From a virus: DNA of 64,000 bases. The stretch lies in the IMG/VR virus record IMGVR_UViG_2924193448_000006; one strand, given 5' to 3'. Shown piece after piece: positions 47,224 through 56,168 of this stretch. A program made the position numbers and the translations under genes. The notes under the pieces were generated by a model, which had not been told where the DNA came from, ran no database searches, and saw only the letters and a list, made by a program, of their open reading frames with translations. Every line of letters starts with the position of its first letter. Positions within the stretch are counted from its first letter, which is position 1.

Positions 47224-47858
47224 GGCTGCTCGTCCTCGATGTGCTCCGGCTGCTCGTCTGCGGCGGTGCGAAAGCCGGCTGCCTTCTTCGCGCGAACATC
47301 GCGAAACACCTTCAACAGCGCATGCGTCGCGTCATGCATCGGCACGCCGAACTGAGCCGCGATCGCCTTCGCCATTTCAGGAATTCCCTGCTCCATGACC
47401 TTGAAGGCCTCGGAGACGGCGCGCACCGTCTGACGTCGGGCGTCGTCGGTCCGCATGTAGCGGCCGACTTCCAGCGCTTCTTCACGCTCGAGGCGTGCGG
47501 TCGTAATCTGCTGCTGGCGAAGCCGCTCGGCCGCGAGCTGATCAGCAACATCATCGGTGAACGTCAGCCGCGGCGGCGGAGCCGATGCACCATCGGATGG
47601 AGCGAGCTGCAGGTTCGGTTGCACCGCGGACGGCTTGAGAACGGCCGCACCATTCGCCCCGAACCGCTGCGACGGCTCGAGCGTCTTCTGGAGCTGCTGC
47701 CGCGCGATCGCCGGCCTGATCTTCGCCGTTCTGCCGTCGCCTTCGAGCGCATCGCCGTAGATCTTGCCCTCGGCGATGTATTGCGAAATGCGACCGGCGC
47801 TCACGCCGATATGCGCGGCGAAGGCACCCTTCGTCATGGTTTCAGCGGACAGTGTCAT
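47220..47858 (-). CDS. Terminase small subunit (Nu1-like)
   Basis: N-terminal wHTH (FAAHIGVSAGRISQY), coiled coil. Confidence 0.8.
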   Translation of the reverse strand: MTLSAETMTKGAFAAHIGVSAGRISQYIAEGKIYGDALEGDGRTAKIRPAIARQQLQKTLEPSQRFGANGAAVLKPSAVQPNLQLAPSDGASAPPPRLTFTDDVADQLAAERLRQQQITTARLEREEALEVGRYMRTDDARRQTVRAVSEAFKVMEQGIPEMAKAIAAQFGVPMHDATHALLKVFRDVRAKKAAGFRTAADEQPEHIEDEQP

Positions 47859-47990
47859 TTTAGGTCCGACTTTAGCCGCGCTCTTTAGTTTAGGCTCTGA
47901 CTTTAGGCTTCAAAAAATCGCTCAGACTGGACAACCTCCGCCGTGCCAAATACCCGCAGGCGGGCGGATGCCAGGAAGGACCCGTGAACC
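47859..47990 (-). other. Putative cos region
   Basis: cosQ-like GGGTCCT (47977-47983, minus) in lambda-like context; CTAAA/CCTAAAGTC repeats toward terS. Confidence 0.55.
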
Positions 47991-48004
47991 ATCGGAGGGC
48001 CTTA

Positions 48005-48748
48005 TCAGGCCGTCCGCACCGCCCGCTGGAAGGCGACGGCGAAATGATCGTGGACGTTGGCGATCACGTAGCGCTCGACGAGTTCGCGCAGACGAAGGCG
48101 GATGCGATACGAGACCTGAGGCACGAACAAGATCACCGGATGGATGGCGTTCGTTGCCGGATCACGCTGGTAAACGCCCGGGTAGAGATGCGAAGGCTGC
48201 TTAGGCACGAAGAACCGCGCGTTCTTGTAGTTCTTGTTCCGCTTGAGCGACGACGAGGTGCGGGTACGGGTCGCACCAGCACCGCGATAGTCGATCTGCA
48301 GGTCGGCCATGACACGGTTCAGAAACCCTTGCGTCATGTTGCCGTAGCGATCGAGCGGCGCCCGCTTCGCTGGTACCGCGACGAGGTTCCGCTGCATCAA
48401 ACCACGATCGATGAGCTGACGCTCGAAGGCCTTGTGTGTGCGCTGGCCTCCCTCGATCTGCGGGCCGAGGAATGCGGTGGCAGGCAAGCCGCCTTTCGTG
48501 CGGTCACCGGTCACGACAACCGCCGCCCTCAGGTTCTGCCGGGAGGCGCGGTCATAAACGACTCCCCGCTTTGCGTACGGCGTCGGCCGGTCAAAGACCC
48601 GATCCATTTCTCGCTGGACTTCGAGGCGGCTACCTTTGGCCGTCTCGTTCAGCGTGAGCATGATGGCATAGGGCAGCTGCTTCCGCTCGATATCAGTCAG
48701 GGATCGATTGAACTGCTGGAGATCGACTTTGATCTGAGCATCGAACAT
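48005..48748 (-). CDS. Conserved phage protein (possibly gpZ-like)
   Basis: 247-aa basic ORF heading the late operon. Confidence 0.5.
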   Translation of the reverse strand: MFDAQIKVDLQQFNRSLTDIERKQLPYAIMLTLNETAKGSRLEVQREMDRVFDRPTPYAKRGVVYDRASRQNLRAAVVVTGDRTKGGLPATAFLGPQIEGGQRTHKAFERQLIDRGLMQRNLVAVPAKRAPLDRYGNMTQGFLNRVMADLQIDYRGAGATRTRTSSSLKRNKNYKNARFFVPKQPSHLYPGVYQRDPATNAIHPVILFVPQVSYRIRLRLRELVERYVIANVHDHFAVAFQRAVRTA

Positions 48749-48786
48749 CAGAAGCTCCGAAACGGCCTGCCCATAACCTTTAACGG

Positions 48787-48809
48787 AGAAAGGCGACCTC
48801 TCGGTCGCC
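48787..48809 (-). terminator. Hairpin with GAGA tetraloop plus U-tract in the late leader
   Basis: GGCGACC-GAGA-GGTCGCC-TTTCT on minus strand. Confidence 0.55.
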
Positions 48810-48979
48810 CATCATATAAACATAGCAGTAGCACTGGCCCTGAGTCGGTGCCTCCGCCTAGAGGCTGTTTGGGCGTGGGGCTGGAGCGTTGTCCCTGAGG
48901 CTTCTTGCCTGCTCTGCCCTAGCGTTTGGCTAGGGGATCGGAGGGTAACGTCTTCCGGCTCGTCCGTGCAAAATGACTC

Positions 48980-49627
48980 TCATAGCTTCCGGAGAAACGC
49001 AAGAGGCATGCTTTCGATATCGAATGGCCTGCCCTGTACGTCAATTCGCACGCTCGCCTTTGCCTGCCGGCACCACTTCACAGCCGTCACAACGCACCTG
49101 AAGCCGGCGAACGGCCCAAGCACGATGTCGGCCTGATCCCCATCACGAAACGACTTATCGGTTGCTACTCTGGGCGCCTCAACACCATCAGAGAGCCGTT
49201 TAAAAACAACTACATCTGCATCGCTGATGACATGGTATCCAGCCGGCCCACCGACGAAATCGAGTACGTCTTTCTGGTACCGCAGTCCATGAAACGCTTC
49301 CGGAGTTGGCACCAGTCGCACCAACAGGTAGCTCGGAAAGAAGGGGCGGTCGCTTTCGATTTTCCGCCCGTGGCGCACTAGAACAACCCTTTCTCGCGGC
49401 ATGAACGCCTCGACATTCGCTGCCGTCAATGCGTTTTCCACATCAAATTCTTTGCCGCTCTTCACATGAAGGCAGTACCAACGGGCATTTTCGGGGTTCA
49501 TTTCCGTGACTTTCATAGATGCTGCCTTCAAGTTCGCTGCTGTGATTCGCCGAATTCTGTCCGAGAGCCGCTCACGTCCTTGCAGCGCGATCGGGCTTCC
49601 GGAGAGTGTCCTACGCTGCATGATCAT
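48980..49627 (-). CDS. NusG-paralog antiterminator
   Basis: NGN domain (WYCLHVKSGKE...FFPSYLLV) and KOW (GDQADIVLGPFAGF). Confidence 0.85.
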   Translation of the reverse strand: MIMQRRTLSGSPIALQGRERLSDRIRRITAANLKAASMKVTEMNPENARWYCLHVKSGKEFDVENALTAANVEAFMPRERVVLVRHGRKIESDRPFFPSYLLVRLVPTPEAFHGLRYQKDVLDFVGGPAGYHVISDADVVVFKRLSDGVEAPRVATDKSFRDGDQADIVLGPFAGFRCVVTAVKWCRQAKASVRIDVQGRPFDIESMPLAFLRKL

Positions 49628-50912
49628 TGCTCCGCTCCTGTCTCAGTGCCGTCCTTGCGGCGGTCTCGAAATGGTGAAGTCTCTCCGGTCCGCCCTTCGG
49701 GAAGTAGACGACGGGCATCGAGCCGGGATCTGGAACGAATGGCCAGCCGGCGGCCTCGTGATAGTCCCGCCAGCGTTCGAAAAGCTCTGACCCGACAGGC
49801 ACTGGCTCACAAAGATCTGCCAGCGCCTCGAAGCGAGCCTCGGCAACAGTGCGATCGCGATTCTTTGCCTGCGCGTGCAGATCATTGGCCCGCGGATAGC
49901 CGCTCTCGACGACGCGGCGCCGCAACTCTGCTTGGTCGAAGTCATTCGGAAAGATCAATTCGCCACCGGACCCCACGGAAATCCCTTTTCCGCCGACGTA
50001 GGATCGTGCCCTCGCTTCGCTGGTGCGCATCAGTGTTTCGAATGTCTGCCTGATACGATCACGCACACCGAGAGGCATCTCGACGGGTTCTGGCCCATCG
50101 AGGAGCGCCAGCACCCGAATGCCGGCCCACACCGGCCCGAACGGAGCAACGGGGATCTTTGTGCTCGTCGCTTGTACCTTCCCCGCGAGCGGCGAAATGG
50201 CCAGGAATTTCTTGTCTCGCAAATAAACGCCGAGGGCGACGTTCTTGACTTTCTGCGCCTTGCACTCGGCAAGGTATGCGTCGCGCCGCTCCTCAGCCAA
50301 CCGACGCTCTTCAGCCGTAAGCCTCTCGAACTGCTGCAGAGCCCAAGCCGTCGATGAGGCGATCGCACCCGGCCACGGATTGTTCGCCGTTCCCATCTCG
50401 AGAGCCTTCACCCGCTTGCCGAATTTCGCCGGATCGTCGTGATCCTTCAAATCGCCTTCGCGCGCACCCTCTCTCTCTGATGGTTCTATTGGTGGTTCTA
50501 TTACGGTTTGGGTGTCACCGTGACACCCGTCGACGTCGTCTGTGTCACCCATAGGCGTCGCCGCTGTCACGGGTGACACTGTGTCATGGGTGACACCGTG
50601 ACACCCGTCGGACGCCGTTTTCGGAGCCTTCAACCGTGCGAGCGCAGCCATGTTGAAATCGTAGCGAGTAGCTTCTCCGGGCCTGCTGCCGCCCTTCCTG
50701 ACGACGACGAGCAACCCCTCTTCGACGAACTCTGCGAGGATGCGCTGTACCGAGCGCTCGGAGAGTTCCGTCTCCTGGGCAAGGCGGCCAACGGTCGGCC
50801 AAATGCCCTTACCGTCGTCATCTGCAAAGTCAGCCAGGCGAACGGCCAGCATCTTCCGATTTGTCGAGCCGAGATGCGCCTTGAAGAGCTGCGACATGAT
50901 GGCAATGCTCAC
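49611..50912 (-). CDS. Phage replication protein (N-terminal HTH)
   Basis: LAVRLADFADDDG...WPTVGRLAQETELSERSVQR; GCHGVTHDTVSP repeats. Confidence 0.8.
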   Translation of the reverse strand: MSIAIMSQLFKAHLGSTNRKMLAVRLADFADDDGKGIWPTVGRLAQETELSERSVQRILAEFVEEGLLVVVRKGGSRPGEATRYDFNMAALARLKAPKTASDGCHGVTHDTVSPVTAATPMGDTDDVDGCHGDTQTVIEPPIEPSEREGAREGDLKDHDDPAKFGKRVKALEMGTANNPWPGAIASSTAWALQQFERLTAEERRLAEERRDAYLAECKAQKVKNVALGVYLRDKKFLAISPLAGKVQATSTKIPVAPFGPVWAGIRVLALLDGPEPVEMPLGVRDRIRQTFETLMRTSEARARSYVGGKGISVGSGGELIFPNDFDQAELRRRVVESGYPRANDLHAQAKNRDRTVAEARFEALADLCEPVPVGSELFERWRDYHEAAGWPFVPDPGSMPVVYFPKGGPERLHHFETAARTALRQERSNDHAA

Positions 50913-51115
50913 GCCAACCCCCTTTCCAAATGCCGCGCCGCCTGCAGCGTCCGGCAGACAGCGTCCTCGCCAACGCCGAGAACAGCGGCGAGGTCGAACG
51001 TGTCGAAATGTCCTGATTTCCAGAGGATGACGGCGGCCAGCGCCTGCAGCTCATCCATCTTGCCGCTCATGGCGGCCGCCGAGCGCGACCGTCTCCGGTC
51101 AGCCAGCTGCAGCAT
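50909..51115 (-). CDS. Small HTH-like phage protein
   Basis: WKSGHFDTFDLAAVLGVGEDAV. Confidence 0.5.
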   Translation of the reverse strand: MLQLADRRRSRSAAAMSGKMDELQALAAVILWKSGHFDTFDLAAVLGVGEDAVCRTLQAARHLERGLA

Positions 51116-51413
51116 GCTTCCCCTCCTCCGCGCCCCCGCGCGCAATGATCTGAATTCCAATGCGGGCGTATTCCCGCGTCATGCGTAGCGTGCTCGGCGC
51201 GAGTCCGTCCCGGCCGCGCGTCGCGGAAAGCGCCGCGATCTCGGCTGCGAAGTAGGCTAGGCCTTCGTGAAAACCGGCTGCGGAGAGCAGTCGGTGGATG
51301 ATCACCTGGTCGCGAATGATCACCGCGAGCGGCACTCCAAGAAGCCATCGCGCCCGCGCAGCATGGTCCGGCGCGTCGGCAAGTTCTTCGATGATAGGGA
51401 GGAACTGCGTCAC
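51099..51413 (-). CDS. Hypothetical phage protein
   Basis: Coupled ORF. Confidence 0.55.
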   Translation of the reverse strand: MTQFLPIIEELADAPDHAARARWLLGVPLAVIIRDQVIIHRLLSAAGFHEGLAYFAAEIAALSATRGRDGLAPSTLRMTREYARIGIQIIARGGAEEGKHAAAG

Positions 51414-51607
51414 GCTGCACCCCCGCTGATCCGCTCGATCTCACGCACGACCGAGCCGGCCGACTTGCCACGGGCAAGGCGCTGGCCGATTTCTTCCGGA
51501 TCGAATGCAAATGGCGCCGAGGCAATTGCCTCGCGTAGGGCCTTGGGCAGGGCGTCAAAGGCGCTCATCACGTCGGCGGAGGGTCGAATGGCGAGGATGC
51601 TGATCAT
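51410..51607 (-). CDS. Small conserved phage protein
   Basis: MSAFDALPKALREAI pattern; ATGA overlaps. Confidence 0.5.
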   Translation of the reverse strand: MISILAIRPSADVMSAFDALPKALREAIASAPFAFDPEEIGQRLARGKSAGSVVREIERISGGAA

Positions 51608-53493
51608 GCTTCCTCGCTTTTCGCGCATCTTACAGCGTCGCCATCGGACGCCCGCTTAACCTTATCTTCGAGTTCTCGCAGGCGCGCGGCGCCGCCGACC
51701 GTCAGTTGCGGTGGTTTAGAAGGCCAGACCAGACCGAGAGCGATCATCTCATCGAGCAGCGGACCGCCGCCCATGCATCCGCCGTCGACCGCGCCCAGCG
51801 CCTTGAACTCGGCTAGTTCCTCCTTGGTCACGTAGGCGCGTCCGTCGCGGGCATCCTCAGAGGATTTCTCCTCACCTCTTGGCACGCCCGCCTGGTTGCC
51901 CCAGAACGTCCAGTTGCCGTTCAGCCGAACGTCGCCGGCGACAAGGCTCTCGCGCCGCTGGAACAGCTCCAGCTTCGGGAGGTCCGGATAGAGCCTTTCG
52001 ATCATCTCTGCGAAATAGACGGGCTTGGCCGAGTGTTCGCCCTTCACCTCGGCATGGACCGACGCGCTCTGCGTGCCGGGGATCGGCGCCGGGAAGTTTC
52101 CGCGTTTTCCGAGGAGCAGGATCTCGTGACGGTCCCGCACCCATCGGCCCATGCCGATACGCGATTTATCCCAAACGAGGCAGGTGACGTAATCGAACCC
52201 CCAGGCGCGCAGCACGTCGATGCCGTCGTCGAGCCGGTTGGCCGTCACCCACAGGAATAGCAGCGCGTCGCGCGTCGCCGGGCTCGCATCGCCAGCGCAG
52301 AGCGACTTGATCTCCTCGAGCGGCATATGCGGATAGGAAAGCCCTCTGTCCTGCCCCCGCTCCTCACTCCAGGCCTCCTGCTCCCATGGCGGATCGGCAT
52401 AGATGATCGGAAAGGCGGCGCGCGGCATTGTGCCAGCCGAGACCGTGCCGCGCTCAGCAATGGCGCGGATCACGGCGCCACGGATCTTTCGCGAGAGTGC
52501 CTGCTTGCCGTCGCGGATGGCTTTCGCCTCTTCAGCGACGCGCTTGTCCGCCTCGCGCAGCGCCTCGACATAGGCGAGCTGCTGCTCTTCGGTGAGCCCC
52601 TTGAGCCGGTCGAGAGTTACGCCGGTATCGTGCCGGGTGCCGCGGATCTGCCGCAGTGCCCTTTCGCTGATTTTCTCCCCGCGCTCGGCGTCACGCCGGA
52701 TCGCGCGCTCCGATTGCCCGGTCGCCGCAGCAGTCTCTGAGGCAAAGCTCTTCGCCGCCTCGTCCTTCAAGTGGCCAACTTGGCCACTTGATCGCCGGTC
52801 GCCGCCATGCCCCGTTTCCGGGTGGCGCATCAGGTGAATTTCCTTGCGGCGGAAGGTGAAGAGCGCCCGGTCCGCCGGCGTCAGCTCGGCGCGGCAAAGG
52901 TTTTCGTCGATCTCCCATAGCTCCGCATCGAGATCGTCGCCCTCTTCGATGAAGGCGAGGATATCGGCCCAGCCGAGCGCCCGCGCCGCTTCGAGTCGAT
53001 GTAGCCCGGCGGAGAGCAGGAAGCACTCGCCGTCCGGCCGCCGCGTCACGCTGATCGGTGTGCGGTGCCCAAGCTCGGCGAAGGATGCCTGAAGGGCTGC
53101 GACCTTTTCCGGATCGGCCTGGCGCAGCCGAAAGCCGACATCAATCCTGTCGAGCGGGATACGGATCAACACGCGTCCGGCTTCCGCCTCGGTCGGCGCA
53201 GGGAGGCGATCGGCGCCCTCCTCGGGTTGAACCCGAGAATCCGGCGCGCCGGGTCCGCCCTCGCCCCCCTGCCCGATTTCCGGCGGCGTCACGCCGGCAA
53301 GCTCGCAGAGCTTCCCCGTCGGATACCATACCGCGCCATCTTTCTTGTCGCGCCCCAGGAACTGGCGGCTGTTCAGATTGCGGCAAACAGCGGCGTCGGA
53401 CTCTTTCAGTGCCCGATAGATGCCGTCGCGCAACACAGCATCGACGATCTCGCGGGCCTTCGGTCCGAGCTTCGGAAGCGCCGCGCCGCTCAT
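51604..53493 (-). CDS. ParB-like domain fused to MT-A70 family adenine methyltransferase
   Basis: IPLDRIDVG...AGLHRLEA (ParB N-terminal domain); IIYADPPW, LFLWVT, IGMGRWVRDRHEILLLG (MT-A70). Confidence 0.85.
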   Translation of the reverse strand: MSGAALPKLGPKAREIVDAVLRDGIYRALKESDAAVCRNLNSRQFLGRDKKDGAVWYPTGKLCELAGVTPPEIGQGGEGGPGAPDSRVQPEEGADRLPAPTEAEAGRVLIRIPLDRIDVGFRLRQADPEKVAALQASFAELGHRTPISVTRRPDGECFLLSAGLHRLEAARALGWADILAFIEEGDDLDAELWEIDENLCRAELTPADRALFTFRRKEIHLMRHPETGHGGDRRSSGQVGHLKDEAAKSFASETAAATGQSERAIRRDAERGEKISERALRQIRGTRHDTGVTLDRLKGLTEEQQLAYVEALREADKRVAEEAKAIRDGKQALSRKIRGAVIRAIAERGTVSAGTMPRAAFPIIYADPPWEQEAWSEERGQDRGLSYPHMPLEEIKSLCAGDASPATRDALLFLWVTANRLDDGIDVLRAWGFDYVTCLVWDKSRIGMGRWVRDRHEILLLGKRGNFPAPIPGTQSASVHAEVKGEHSAKPVYFAEMIERLYPDLPKLELFQRRESLVAGDVRLNGNWTFWGNQAGVPRGEEKSSEDARDGRAYVTKEELAEFKALGAVDGGCMGGGPLLDEMIALGLVWPSKPPQLTVGGAARLRELEDKVKRASDGDAVRCAKSEEA

Positions 53494-53738
53494 GCCGCCT
53501 TCCCCGAACAGAACTCGTGCCGGTTCAGCAGCCGATAACCCTGCCCCCAGACGGTCTCGATCGTGACGCCAAAACGGGCCAGCTTCTTCCGCATCTTGCA
53601 GACGAAGACATCGCTACTCGTGAGCCCGAATTCGATAGGGACGGGCACGGTGGTCGGCGCCAGTAACTCTTCGAGTTGACGAACCCGCTCACGGAGAATG
53701 GTGATCTCACGCTGGAGGTCGAGAACGATCCTGTCCAT
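53490..53738 (-). CDS. OmpR-type winged-helix protein, probably internally deleted
   Basis: DVFVCKMRKKL...IETVWGQGY. Confidence 0.65.
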   Translation of the reverse strand: MDRIVLDLQREITILRERVRQLEELLAPTTVPVPIEFGLTSSDVFVCKMRKKLARFGVTIETVWGQGYRLLNRHEFCSGKAA

Positions 53739-54547
53739 CAGCGCGCCTTCCGCCGGTTCATGTAGATCACGGAGGCAAATGCGCGCCAAAGCGGCATCTT
53801 CCGCTCGGTTGCGAACCGCTGCGCCTCCTGCTCAAGCGTCGACAACCGCGACGAGATCAGCAGCGAAATCCGCTCCGGCTCAATTTCGCCGGCATATTCC
53901 TTGGCGAAAAGCAGGTGCTCGACGGCACGGATCATCGCGGCCGAGACCGGGGCAGCGCCCCCTTTCACGCACACTTCCAGCACTTTGCGTGCGCCGACCG
54001 CATGGCGGCGGCTGACGACTGCAGAAATCGTGCTGATCGCCATCGTCTCACCCGGCTTGAATCGGGAGAACGGCGGCGGGTTCTTCAGGATCTTGGCGCC
54101 GGCACGGTCGCAGACCTGCGCGATCGTGAGCGCATCCTCATCACCGGCTGCCACCATCGCAGTGTGGAGCTGCGTCGGAGTGACCTGAATGCGGTCGCGG
54201 TTATGTCGGACGAAAGCATTGGCGCGCAGCTCCTGCCGATCCGCCTTCACGACGAGCACCGGCAGCTGTTCGATGCCGCCATGCGTCAATGCGCCGAGTG
54301 CCGTATGCTGGCCGTCGATCACCTGCAGCTTTCCATCGACATCGACGACGACCGGCGGCTTGAACGCGGTCCAATCCCATTCGCCGATGATCTTCCGGAT
54401 CAGCCGCATGGAACGATCTGAAAGCCCGCGCTGGTAGGACTCGTCCACCCAAAGCTCGGAGGGGGAGACCATCCGGACCTCCGGCGGTGCCGATGTGATC
54501 TCGGCTGGCTTCACGTCAGGAAATTGCAATGCCTCAATTGCTCTCAC
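53738..54547 (-). CDS. ParB/Srx-superfamily protein (DGQH motif)
   Basis: LWVDESYQR, VIDGQHT. Confidence 0.75.
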   Translation of the reverse strand: MRAIEALQFPDVKPAEITSAPPEVRMVSPSELWVDESYQRGLSDRSMRLIRKIIGEWDWTAFKPPVVVDVDGKLQVIDGQHTALGALTHGGIEQLPVLVVKADRQELRANAFVRHNRDRIQVTPTQLHTAMVAAGDEDALTIAQVCDRAGAKILKNPPPFSRFKPGETMAISTISAVVSRRHAVGARKVLEVCVKGGAAPVSAAMIRAVEHLLFAKEYAGEIEPERISLLISSRLSTLEQEAQRFATERKMPLWRAFASVIYMNRRKAR

Positions 54548-54696
54548 GGCCTTCTTCCTTCCGATTGTTCGATGATCTTGCAGACCTCGTCCTCGTCGAT
54601 GCCGAGCTCAGAGGCGATCGAGTGCGTGTCGCGGTTTTCCTGAAGCCAGAGCGTCAGCACGCGTTCGACGAGGACCTGGCGGGAAAGCGTCGTCAT
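54544..54696 (-). CDS. 50-aa HTH-like protein
   Basis: DTHSIASELGIDEDEVCKII; overlaps both neighbours. Confidence 0.45.
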   Translation of the reverse strand: MTTLSRQVLVERVLTLWLQENRDTHSIASELGIDEDEVCKIIEQSEGRRP

Positions 54697-54941
54697 TCCA
54701 CCCTCGCCAGCCGGTGGAGATATTCCGCGCCCCTAGCCGTCAGCCGCACGTCGTCGCGGCTGCAACCGACCCACGCTACGAAACCAGCGGCGAGCGCCCT
54801 GTCGAGCGCCTCTCGATCGGCATTGCGGACGAGTTTGTAGGCGCCGCCGCCAGCGCGCACCCGCCGCAGGAAAGCGAGGCAACGCGGCCCGATGGGGCCG
54901 CCGGCTGTCCAGGGCTTCGTGGAAAGAGGGGCACCATCCAT
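54693..54941 (-). CDS. Hypothetical phage protein
   Basis: Coupled ORF. Confidence 0.5.
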   Translation of the reverse strand: MDGAPLSTKPWTAGGPIGPRCLAFLRRVRAGGGAYKLVRNADREALDRALAAGFVAWVGCSRDDVRLTARGAEYLHRLARVE

Positions 54942-55165
54942 CAGTGCACGCCCTTGCGGTGGATTTCGGCGAAACCGTTTCCGCGCATGGATACGAGTGC
55001 CGCGCGCAGCCCATCGAGGGTCGAGTCGTCGTCCAATCCGGCCTTGATCGCCAATGCGGCGCAGGCAACCATCGCCAGGTTTACTGCTGCTTGCGGGTCA
55101 TCGGGCATCAGCGCGCAGATCGCCGACACGGTCTTGGTCGCGTTCATGGGTTCGCCATTCATCAC
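54941..55165 (-). CDS. Hypothetical phage protein
   Basis: Coupled ORF. Confidence 0.5.
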   Translation of the reverse strand: MMNGEPMNATKTVSAICALMPDDPQAAVNLAMVACAALAIKAGLDDDSTLDGLRAALVSMRGNGFAEIHRKGVH

Positions 55166-55638
55166 GCGGCCCCGTCGATCATCATCGCTTCCAGGCGTGC
55201 AAGATCCTGCTTCGCGGCTACGATGCGGTTGCGGATGGCCTGGCGCTCCGCCGCGTCAATGCGGCCATCCTCGATCGCCTGCGCGACAGTGCGCACGACG
55301 TCGTCGAGGACGCCATCGAGACGCAGGACTGCGCTGGCGGTGACCGCCCCGAAGCTGGAAACGCGCTCGTCTTTCACGATCCGCGACAAGGCGGTGAGCA
55401 GGAACGGATGTTCGCATCGCCGGTCGAGCTCGGCGGCAAGGTCCAGGCGGATGAAGCTGTCCCGCCACTCCTCGCCCGCGGAGGCATACTTTGTGAGCGT
55501 CGACGATGCCACACCGAGCGCTTCCGCAGTCCGGCTAACCCCGCCGAGAGCCTCGTAAGCCGCCGCCGTGGCTGCCTTGATGATGGATGCATGTTCTTCA
55601 GAAATTGCACGCACGAAAACACCCCTGAGTTTGGTCAA
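55162..55638 (-). CDS. CII-family phage regulator
   Basis: HTH (GGVSRTAEALGVASSTLTKY) and AIEDGRIDAAE tail; follows Cro. Confidence 0.7.
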   Translation of the reverse strand: MTKLRGVFVRAISEEHASIIKAATAAAYEALGGVSRTAEALGVASSTLTKYASAGEEWRDSFIRLDLAAELDRRCEHPFLLTALSRIVKDERVSSFGAVTASAVLRLDGVLDDVVRTVAQAIEDGRIDAAERQAIRNRIVAAKQDLARLEAMMIDGAA

Positions 55639-55832
55639 GGAAAAAATCAGCTGAAAGGATTCCGTGAAGGCCGCGCTCTGGCGGCGTAGTGTCAGCCCAT
55701 CAGATCACGGAGGTCCGCATGGGTAAGCAGATGGAAAAACAGAGGCAGGGACGCGCCCGGTTAGAGCGCGTCCCTGCCAGGTGGCAAGGTCGCCAGTTGG
55801 GAGGAGGAGACCGGTGCCTTGCTGGGGGAACA

Positions 55833-56081
55833 TCATTCGGCCGCCTCCGCCATAACACCCGGACGCGGTACGCCAGCGGGCCACTCAGCGCCCTCCGGCC
55901 AATTCTCGGAAAACCAAAGCATCGCCCGCTCAAAAGTGCCGGTCGCGAGATCTCCGCCGGACGCAATATCGTCGAGTTTGGAACCTCGGTTCAACGCGAG
56001 CGTGGAAACGCGCTTTCGCCCTATGCCACGTGCATCGGCGAAGACATCGGCAACGACAACGATTTGCTCTCTTAAAACCAT
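55833..56081 (-). CDS. Cro-like regulator
   Basis: Divergent from CI; WFSENWPEGAEWP. Confidence 0.7.
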   Translation of the reverse strand: MVLREQIVVVADVFADARGIGRKRVSTLALNRGSKLDDIASGGDLATGTFERAMLWFSENWPEGAEWPAGVPRPGVMAEAAE

Positions 56082-56091
56082 GCGGTCACAA

Positions 56092-56168
56092 ATGCGGCTA
56101 TTCAACCGCATCTGTCAAGGGCCAAAAGACCGCATTCACAAAACCCCAATGCGGACGATAATCCGCGC
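56092..56168. promoter_or_regulatory. Three candidate operators ATGCGG-N8-CCGCAT (OR region)
   Basis: 56092-56111 perfect; 56116-56135 and 56149-56168 partial; TTGACA on minus strand at 56113-56118. Confidence 0.65.
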
